In this document: piece by piece, positions 8,221-14,367 of the stretch
Layout of the letters: the number at the start of each line of letters is the position of its first letter
Position numbering within the stretch: position 1 is the first letter of the stretch
Virus record (IMG/VR): IMGVR_UViG_3300037484_000186
Coordinates: 1 to 46,966 of that record
Direction: 5' to 3' (one strand)
DNA from: a virus
Lineage: Duplodnaviria; Caudoviricetes
DNA: 46,966 nucleotides
The notes under the pieces: generated by a model
What the model was told of the DNA's origin: nothing
The model's input: the letters and a program-made list of their open reading frames with translations, nothing else
The model's database searches: none
Translations under genes and position numbers: made by a program

Positions 8221-8309
8221 GTTCCTATCGTCTATTTAGGACGCCCGACCTCAATCGGGGAAAGCAGGTAACTAGCTCCATAGGAGCGGGAATCCGGCTG
8301 GGAACGCCA
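8221..8309 (+). tRNA. Atypical tRNA-Glu-like RNA copy 1 (6-nt anticodon loop CCUCAA, T-loop expanded by an extra hairpin)
   Basis: Acceptor GTTCCTA/TGGGAAC + G + CCA; D-stem GTCT/GGAC; anticodon stem CCCGA/TCGGG; T-stem GCAGG/CCGGC with a 25-nt loop containing GCTCC-ATA-GGAGC. Confidence 0.75.
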
Positions 8310-8317
8310 AATTGAAT

Positions 8318-8389
8318 GTTCCTATCGTCTAAAGAGGACGCTGGGCCTCAACCCAGAGATGCAGGTGTCAAAACCAGCTGGGAACGCCA
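8318..8389 (+). tRNA. Atypical tRNA-Glu-like RNA copy 2 (6-nt anticodon loop CCUCAA)
   Basis: Same acceptor and D stems; anticodon stem CTGGG/CCCAG (compensatory changes relative to copy 1); T-stem GCAGG/CCAGC, loop TGTCAAAA; encoded CCA. Confidence 0.8.
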
Positions 8390-8409
8390 ATTACTTTGAG
8401 GAGACTGTG

Positions 8410-8637
8410 ATGATGAAACTGCAGCACTACTGTCCAGATTGGGACTACCTCTTGATCGGACCGGGGATGCCTGAGATGGAGGCATGCTTGTGTGTGGCTG
8501 TCACTCCTCCTATTGGGTGCAGCAACATCAAGAAACCTGATTGCTGTGACCACCCAGAGCGTGGGGTCTGTGAAGGAAAGTACGGAGAACTCACCGAAAG
8601 GTTATACACTTCACCGCTGGTGCACAAAGATGCCTGA
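8410..8637 (+). CDS. Small Cys-rich hypothetical protein
   Basis: GAGGAG SD just after the tRNA-like pair; HYCPDWDYL...CLC...CCDH...C. Confidence 0.55.
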   Translation: MMKLQHYCPDWDYLLIGPGMPEMEACLCVAVTPPIGCSNIKKPDCCDHPERGVCEGKYGELTERLYTSPLVHKDA

Positions 8638-10720
8638 TCCAGAAATAATAGTAGGCCCTGAATGGCAAAGAATCGAAATAGATCCTCGTGGTTTTATGCT
8701 GATTGGCGGGCTCACAGGGCGGATAGAACACAGAGAGGAGGCTCCAGCAATGCCTTTGCCTTTCACCAGAGGCAGGTTGTACCAACTGATGGAAATCGGA
8801 AGCGGAGACGCATGGTATCAAAACGACCGTAACCACTACAAATATCGTCTTTGGTACTACGATTTTGAACATAATACAAACGGGGCACAAGGAGAAGGCC
8901 CAGAGGCTAACTTCTGGGGTGGACATTTCATTCCACTCGATCCTGCGCTTCGTGGTGGGAGCCAAAGTAGCTGTGTCTGTTTCTGGTCAGGGCGTTGGGA
9001 AGGAATGACTCTCAGTGTTGGAAGTCTCCACACCGATGATGTGAGAGCGTGGCACAATCTTTCAAGCGTCGCACAACAGATAGCATTGGGCAATATACCA
9101 TATGAACCACTACCCCCACCAGACGGGGCTTTTAATGCTGAGCAGATCTACATCATTCTTCATGTTGGTGATGGAGATATGTTCCAAGGACAGCAAAGTC
9201 GTTTTGTAGGGCAGTTGGTCAGAATTCGTAATTGGGAAGGACGATACCGGGGTGGGGGTTACACCGGCTGTGGTCTCCGGGCTCTCAATCCATACTGGCG
9301 CTACAGAACTGTGACTATGCACAGTGTGTTGCTGGAAGAATTCAAAGGAGAAGTCCCTGAGTACAAACCCAATCCTCCTCCAAAGGAGCGCATGAGACCA
9401 GCGGGAGGTGAACCGAAACTCATGGAAGAGAAAACGGTGGATATCAAAATCGAGAACGGAGGAGGGAATCTCGAAGCTGTGTGGGATTTAGTGTGGCACA
9501 CTTACAGAGACTTTCTTTATGATTGTGATGGTGCAGCCGGATTAACACATGACCAACGGCTTGTACTACGGAAAACTCAAGATGATCTTTATACTGGTAT
9601 TTCGCATATTGATCTCGATAAGTTTTACACAGAAAAAGGTGCAAAGATCACTCGTCCGATCAAAGAACTGCTTGTAAAACACATCGGGAAAGAAGCAACA
9701 GCCCCCCTGTTTGCTGCTTTCTGCAAGGCAGTTGGGGAACTCTATGCAACAGTCGATGCTACTGCCACACTGCATCCTGTGTATTTCACCAACGGGAAAA
9801 TGGGTTCATGTGGAGACAGTGATTCCTGTTTCGGACCGGGAGGGTGCAACAGCTACAACGGGAGGTTTATTGATAAATCAATGTCCATGGGGGTAATCAC
9901 GATTGCACCCAAAGACGCAAGGTACGCAAAAGGACGAGTTATTTTTTGGATTCTGGATGCAACTCATGCGCACATCCTGAACAAATACAGTCGGAGCGGA
10001 GAGCGTGAACTTCCCTACAGTGTTTTTGTTCGCGCGCTGGAAGTATTGTCCGGTGCGACTCTTTCGTTCGCCCATAAATCGGGTGAAACTCTTCCGATTT
10101 ATGTTAATCACGGATATCACCTCTGCACAGCGATCGACGGAAACTTCTCTTCTATCACCGAAGATTTCCGGTGGGTTTGCCCTGCTTGTGGCCACAGAGG
10201 GAGTCCTAATTCTTTCGAAAGTGAGAGTGATGGGACTAGGCATTCAATTGGGTGTTGCCAAGATTGTTTGGGTGCCCAAGAGGAAGATGACGATAACATG
10301 CATACATGTGTGTACTGCGAAGAAATAGTGCATGATGACGATGTGCGGTTTCCCAACGATGAACCTGTTTGTACCAGCTGTTACGACGAACACTTCTTTT
10401 CTTGTGCGCACTGCGGAAATTCCTACGATAACGATAATGGTGTTGAAGTACACAGGCGAGGACGTTCAGTTACTGTGTGCTCTGGGTGCTATGAAAACTG
10501 CTACGCAGAGTGTCCTGAGTGCGAGGAACAATTCGAAATAGACAAAATGATTGGGCATGATGAAGAATACTACTGTTCCTCCTGCGCAGATAACTGCTTA
10601 GGTACATGTATTACGTGTAAGGAAACATTCAAAACAATTGAGCTGGATGCAGATGACCGGTGCGAAAACTGTGCTGAGGAGGCAGAAAACGATTCAAAAG
10701 CGGAAGCGAGGGCATCGTGA
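8630..10720 (+). CDS. Large multidomain protein: duplicated N-terminal domain, central putative enzymatic domain, C-terminal array of CxxC zinc ribbons
   Basis: ATG 8630 overlaps the previous stop (alternative start 8750 has a GAGGAGG SD); about ten CxxC pairs in the acidic C-terminal part; central SC...KGRVIFW...NKYS motif. Confidence 0.75.
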   Translation: MPDPEIIVGPEWQRIEIDPRGFMLIGGLTGRIEHREEAPAMPLPFTRGRLYQLMEIGSGDAWYQNDRNHYKYRLWYYDFEHNTNGAQGEGPEANFWGGHFIPLDPALRGGSQSSCVCFWSGRWEGMTLSVGSLHTDDVRAWHNLSSVAQQIALGNIPYEPLPPPDGAFNAEQIYIILHVGDGDMFQGQQSRFVGQLVRIRNWEGRYRGGGYTGCGLRALNPYWRYRTVTMHSVLLEEFKGEVPEYKPNPPPKERMRPAGGEPKLMEEKTVDIKIENGGGNLEAVWDLVWHTYRDFLYDCDGAAGLTHDQRLVLRKTQDDLYTGISHIDLDKFYTEKGAKITRPIKELLVKHIGKEATAPLFAAFCKAVGELYATVDATATLHPVYFTNGKMGSCGDSDSCFGPGGCNSYNGRFIDKSMSMGVITIAPKDARYAKGRVIFWILDATHAHILNKYSRSGERELPYSVFVRALEVLSGATLSFAHKSGETLPIYVNHGYHLCTAIDGNFSSITEDFRWVCPACGHRGSPNSFESESDGTRHSIGCCQDCLGAQEEDDDNMHTCVYCEEIVHDDDVRFPNDEPVCTSCYDEHFFSCAHCGNSYDNDNGVEVHRRGRSVTVCSGCYENCYAECPECEEQFEIDKMIGHDEEYYCSSCADNCLGTCITCKETFKTIELDADDRCENCAEEAENDSKAEARAS

Positions 10721-11802
10721 GCATCGACTACTCCAAGCACCACCTGATTGATATCCTGAAGTCTACACCTGAGCAACTCCTGAAGGATGCTTTGGCCCTG
10801 TCACCTAAGGCAATCGCAGGAGATGGATTCGTGTTTGTGCCGGGGGACAAAAGGATGCCACTTCTGGTAGCGCACGTCGACATTATACACCCAACAATAC
10901 CTGCGTTGGTCATGTGGGATGAGAAATCTGCATCATTAGTTTCACCAACAGGTCTTGGTGCCGACGACAGAGCAGGTGTGTTTGCAATTCGGACTTTGCG
11001 GGACAACATAACCCCAAAACCTGCTCTGCTTTTCTGTGATGAAGAAGAGATTGGTGGAGCAGGAGCATTTTCAGCAGCTTTCGGGGTCTACGATGAGCTG
11101 TGTGAGTTCCCATACTTCTTGGAGATCGACCGACGAGGACACGGAGAGTGCGTGTTCTACAACAATGAGGGGCCAGCCTTCACAAAATACGTGGAGAAGT
11201 TTGGGTTCAAGGAGGAGTGGGGCAGCTTCAGTGATATCTCGATTCTTGGTGAAGAGTGCAAAAAGTGTTCTGTGAATGTTTCCGCTGGATACCACGGAGA
11301 GCACACCAAAGAGGAACGGCTGTTCCTTGGTAGTCTGGAGAACACTATCAAGAAAGTCAAACGGATGCTCTTGGGTGCTTTGCACACCAAGGGTGGTTTG
11401 ACGTTCAAGCTCCCGAAACCTAAGTATAAGTTCTCAAGATCCAGCTATCGTTATGGGTTCGGGAACACAACTTCAGTTCATGGCGGTCTTGAGTGGTATG
11501 ACCGTACAGGTTGGCGTGACCCAGATGAAGACGAGTTCAATGCACGTTATCAGTTAGGCGTGGATGGGGCATATGCATATAGTGCACCTAATAGCATTAC
11601 AAAGTTCTCAGATTTTGAAAACACAGAAAAGGAGTACTCACGAAGATCAGAAAAGAGACAGCTTGACTACTGCGAGTGGTGTGGTGCTACGGCAATGCTT
11701 AGATACACCGATCTCTACTATGGTTACTGCTGCCCAGCATGTATCAAGGATTTGGAAGAGATTGGTCATGGTGACTATTCCAGCGAAAAATACGCTGGGT
11801 AG
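10717..11802 (+). CDS. M28/M20-clan zinc peptidase-like protein with C-terminal zinc finger
   Basis: Metal-binding motifs AHVD, LGADDRAG, DEEEIGG, EIDRRG, SD and YHGEHT; C-terminal CEWC/CPAC; GTGA-coupled to the upstream gene. Confidence 0.85.
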   Translation: MSIDYSKHHLIDILKSTPEQLLKDALALSPKAIAGDGFVFVPGDKRMPLLVAHVDIIHPTIPALVMWDEKSASLVSPTGLGADDRAGVFAIRTLRDNITPKPALLFCDEEEIGGAGAFSAAFGVYDELCEFPYFLEIDRRGHGECVFYNNEGPAFTKYVEKFGFKEEWGSFSDISILGEECKKCSVNVSAGYHGEHTKEERLFLGSLENTIKKVKRMLLGALHTKGGLTFKLPKPKYKFSRSSYRYGFGNTTSVHGGLEWYDRTGWRDPDEDEFNARYQLGVDGAYAYSAPNSITKFSDFENTEKEYSRRSEKRQLDYCEWCGATAMLRYTDLYYGYCCPACIKDLEEIGHGDYSSEKYAG

Positions 11803-11877
11803 AGGAGAAACGTGATGTGGTGGTGTTGTTCGGCAGACTATCCCAATCACGATGAGAATTGCAAAGGAGGAGAAGCA

Positions 11878-12198
11878 ATGAGAGTGCATTTCGTTCTGAA
11901 CCACGGAGGAACCCCAGCGAGTAAGCTGGCCGACGTGGAGATCCACTTCGAAGAGGGATTGCTGGCTGGCATGAAGCTCGTCGGCTGTTCCGTCTGGCGA
12001 ACCAAGAAAGGCGAGAAGCCGACTGTCCTCGTACCGTCGCGCTCCTATGCAACTGCTAGTGGGGTTCGCTATTTCGAACTTCTCCGAGCTGAGGACGAGA
12101 AATCCGAGGAGAAACCTGTGAAAAGGTTCAAAGAGTACATCCAAGGGGAGTACATGAAGATCGCTGGGCTTCCTGTTGATGGTGAACCGGCGAACTAA
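11878..12198 (+). CDS. SpoVG-like nucleic-acid-binding protein
   Basis: AAGGAGG SD; KLADVEIHF...MKLVGCSVW...VLVPSRSY...YFELL...IQGEY matches the SpoVG pattern. Confidence 0.65.
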   Translation: MRVHFVLNHGGTPASKLADVEIHFEEGLLAGMKLVGCSVWRTKKGEKPTVLVPSRSYATASGVRYFELLRAEDEKSEEKPVKRFKEYIQGEYMKIAGLPVDGEPAN

Positions 12199-12467
12199 TG
12201 GGCGCAGCTAGCGAAGCTTTCGATCAACTCAGCAAGGAAGAAAGGCTGACGCTGCTGGAGATGTTGGGGTTCGATGAGCCCCAGCGTTACCAGATTCGTG
12301 AGTCTATTAACCTCACCTATGGGTGTATGTACTACGAGGTGCAAGAAGAACTGGATCGATGTTTCATCCGGGGTGTCTGGAGGCGTCCCGTTGAACTCGT
12401 GTTTGGCAAGAATACCTTGAAAAGATCCAAGCGAAGCATCCCCCGCCGACGCAAGAAGGTAGCTTGA
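12198..12467 (+). CDS. Hypothetical protein with basic C-terminus
   Basis: Coupled TAATG start; 89 aa. Confidence 0.6.
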   Translation: MGAASEAFDQLSKEERLTLLEMLGFDEPQRYQIRESINLTYGCMYYEVQEELDRCFIRGVWRRPVELVFGKNTLKRSKRSIPRRRKKVA

Positions 12468-12488
12468 ATCGAACCGGGGAAATAATTC

Positions 12489-12517
12489 TTGACAGCATAT
12501 CTATTCCAACCTACTAT
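12489..12517 (+). promoter_or_regulatory. Host sigma70-type promoter for the regulator-integrase operon
   Basis: TTGACA (12489-12494), 17 bp spacer, TACTAT (12512-12517); AT-rich upstream segment. Confidence 0.75.
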
Positions 12518-12702
12518 ATTCAGGTGGAAGCCGACTGCTTCTTACTCTGAAGGGGGTGACACTTGGTCGGATGCGAAGTGGATGGGGTGAAAATTACGGT
12601 TGCAGAAGGTGCGTGGGTTTCTGTAGAAACGCCAGACCACAAAGGAGAACTATTCATCGAAGCCGATGGAATGACAGACAAACAGAAAGGGGACGTGATT
12701 CG

Positions 12703-13074
12703 ATGGATCGCAGGATTAGCAGCACTCGCCGGGTCGTTTCCGTTATCAGAGAGCTTGTTGACCCCGAAGTGCCCCTGCAGCAGCTAGCTCTCCTCCTGCT
12801 GATCGCTGAAGCTGGAGAGGAAGGAATCACCATGCCTGATGCCGGGGATAAATTGGGTATGGGTCAGACCTCCGTGTCAAAGAACGCGAAGGCGCTGGGA
12901 AGATATGCCGAGCAGCACGGCGGTTTCATGACGATCAAAGGTCTTGAACTAGTCGAGGCTCGCCCGGATTTGCTGGAGCGTCGTAGGTTGCGAATGACGT
13001 TGACTCCCAAGGGGGAGCGGGTCATCAAGCGTATCATGGATGAGGTGAGTAGTGGCAGTTTACAAGCGGGGTAG
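12703..13074 (+). CDS. MarR-family winged-helix regulator (putative repressor or directionality factor)
   Basis: EGITMPDAGDKLGMGQTSVSKNAKAL HTH and DLLERRRLRMTLTPKGE wing; AAAGGGG SD; adjacent to the integrase as in other temperate T7-like phages. Confidence 0.85.
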   Translation: MDRRISSTRRVVSVIRELVDPEVPLQQLALLLLIAEAGEEGITMPDAGDKLGMGQTSVSKNAKALGRYAEQHGGFMTIKGLELVEARPDLLERRRLRMTLTPKGERVIKRIMDEVSSGSLQAG

Positions 13075-14047
13075 GGTTTGGTACTACAACATTCTTGTGA
13101 ACAACAAGCGCATCAGGCGGTCGACCACGGCGGTTGATGAACGTGGGGCAGAGGTCGAAGCTGAGCTTGCGAGGCGGAAGTATACTGCCGAAGCTTCGGT
13201 TCCTACCACAGGTCTGTCACTGAAATCAGCCATCATGCGGTGCTACTCTGAGGAGTGGCGCAACAACAAGGATGGGCTCCGCACGGTCAACCGAACACTC
13301 AAGATTGTGGATATACTGGGAGACATCCCGCTGAGGAAGGTGGATGAGACCGCCATCTCACAGCTCACCACCGCCCTCACGGAGAAGGGCCTTGCACCAG
13401 CGACTATGAATCGGTATCGTGCATACCTGAGGCGTGTCCTGAATGTAGCCCATAGGAAGTGGAGGGAGATTGACCGAGTGCCCTATATCCAGAACACGAA
13501 GGAAGTGCCAACTAGGTTCAAGGTGTACACCGAGGAAGAGGAGAGACAGATCCTCTGCTACAGCCCGCTTGAGTTCAGGGATCTAGCGATACTCCTGCTG
13601 GACACCGGACTCCGACTCAGTGAAGCTCTGAGGCTCGACTACAGGAACTGTTCCGTAGATGTCCGAGGTGGGATTATCACGGTCTGGGCAGACGCAACCA
13701 AGGGGGAGAAGTCTCGGGGAATCCCGATGACCACCCGTGTTGTCGAGATGTTCAACCGTCGTTGGACCGAAATATCGAGGAGAGAAGAAGCTGCTTGGAT
13801 CTTTCGGTTCCGAGACGAGCACGAAGTCGAGCGAATCTGGAACAGGTTCAAGAGATCTCAGGGTATCACCGATCCTGCGTGGGTGATCCACGCGATGCGC
13901 CACACCTTTGCATCTCGTTTGGTTCAACGAGGTGTGGACCTGTACGTGGTGAAAGAGTTGCTGGGGCACTCTACCATCAAAGTCACAGAAAGGTATGCCC
14001 ACCTGAACCCAGCGAAGCTGGCTCAAGCCATGAGTGTGCTGGAGTAG
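13052..14047 (+). CDS. int: Tyrosine recombinase/integrase
   Basis: Catalytic residues in TGLRLSE, TKGEK, HAMRH, LLGH and TERYAH; N-terminal arm-binding-like segment. Confidence 0.95.
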   Translation: MAVYKRGRVWYYNILVNNKRIRRSTTAVDERGAEVEAELARRKYTAEASVPTTGLSLKSAIMRCYSEEWRNNKDGLRTVNRTLKIVDILGDIPLRKVDETAISQLTTALTEKGLAPATMNRYRAYLRRVLNVAHRKWREIDRVPYIQNTKEVPTRFKVYTEEEERQILCYSPLEFRDLAILLLDTGLRLSEALRLDYRNCSVDVRGGIITVWADATKGEKSRGIPMTTRVVEMFNRRWTEISRREEAAWIFRFRDEHEVERIWNRFKRSQGITDPAWVIHAMRHTFASRLVQRGVDLYVVKELLGHSTIKVTERYAHLNPAKLAQAMSVLE

Positions 14048-14121
14048 TGTGGCTGCGGATGTGCATAGCAGAGCCACAACCGGGGATGGGGCGATTTGTA
14101 AGTGATTGATTTGATTGGTGC

Positions 14122-14160
14122 GGCGGCATAGCCAAGCGGTAAGGCAGAGGACTGCAAATC
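14122..14160 (+). mobile_element. attP: Putative attP core: 5' half of a tRNA-Cys(GCA)
   Basis: GGCGGCATAGCCAAGCGGTAAGGCAGAGGACTGCAAATC covers the acceptor 5' strand, D-arm and anticodon loop; no 3' half follows; 75 bp downstream of int. Confidence 0.85.
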
Positions 14161-14198
14161 ACTGAAATCCCCGGCTTTTACCAATACTTGTCCCACTC

Positions 14199-14219
14199 TG
14201 TGCCATAATTGTGTCATAA
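14199..14219 (+). repeat. Tandem direct repeat, candidate integrase arm-type sites
   Basis: TGTGCCATAA (14199) and TGTGTCATAA (14210), about 40 bp from the attP core. Confidence 0.5.
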
Positions 14220-14221
14220 AG

Positions 14222-14234
14222 ACACCCACTACAG
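14222..14234 (+). promoter_or_regulatory. Putative phage RNAP promoter upstream of the RNAP gene
   Basis: CACCCACTACAG is identical to the core at 26690-26701; resembles T7 CACTATAG. Confidence 0.45.
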
Positions 14235-14279
14235 CTACGAAGAACATTTTGAATAGCTTTGGGCCGATATCATGCCCTC

Positions 14280-14338
14280 AACTATTCCCTTCTGCGTTAC
14301 AATGTGATATCATTATTGTAACGCAGTATGGAATAGTT
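14280..14338. promoter_or_regulatory. Long imperfect palindrome (operator, cruciform or RNA hairpin) before the RNAP gene
   Basis: AACTATTCC..CTGCGTTACAAT-gTGATATCAtt-ATTGTAACGCAG..GGAATAGTT. Confidence 0.65.
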
Positions 14339-14367
14339 TCGGGCTACTCTGTTAAGAAAGGAGACCC

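Noticed and set aside
8221-8389. UGA-suppressor or selenocysteine tRNA (TCA in the loop) and stop-codon recoding
   Set aside because: No long variable arm or extended acceptor stem; the body is Glu-type; conserved genes such as RNAP, PolA and RNR end normally at TGA with no in-frame interruptions.
12563-12787. 74-aa ORF upstream of and overlapping the MarR-like gene
   Set aside because: Could be real (it follows the promoter) but overlaps the regulator by 85 bp and has no recognisable motif, so it is not called.
14122-14195. Complete tRNA-Cys gene
   Set aside because: Similarity stops after the anticodon loop; there is no matching anticodon 3' strand, T-loop or acceptor 3' strand, so it is better read as an attP core.
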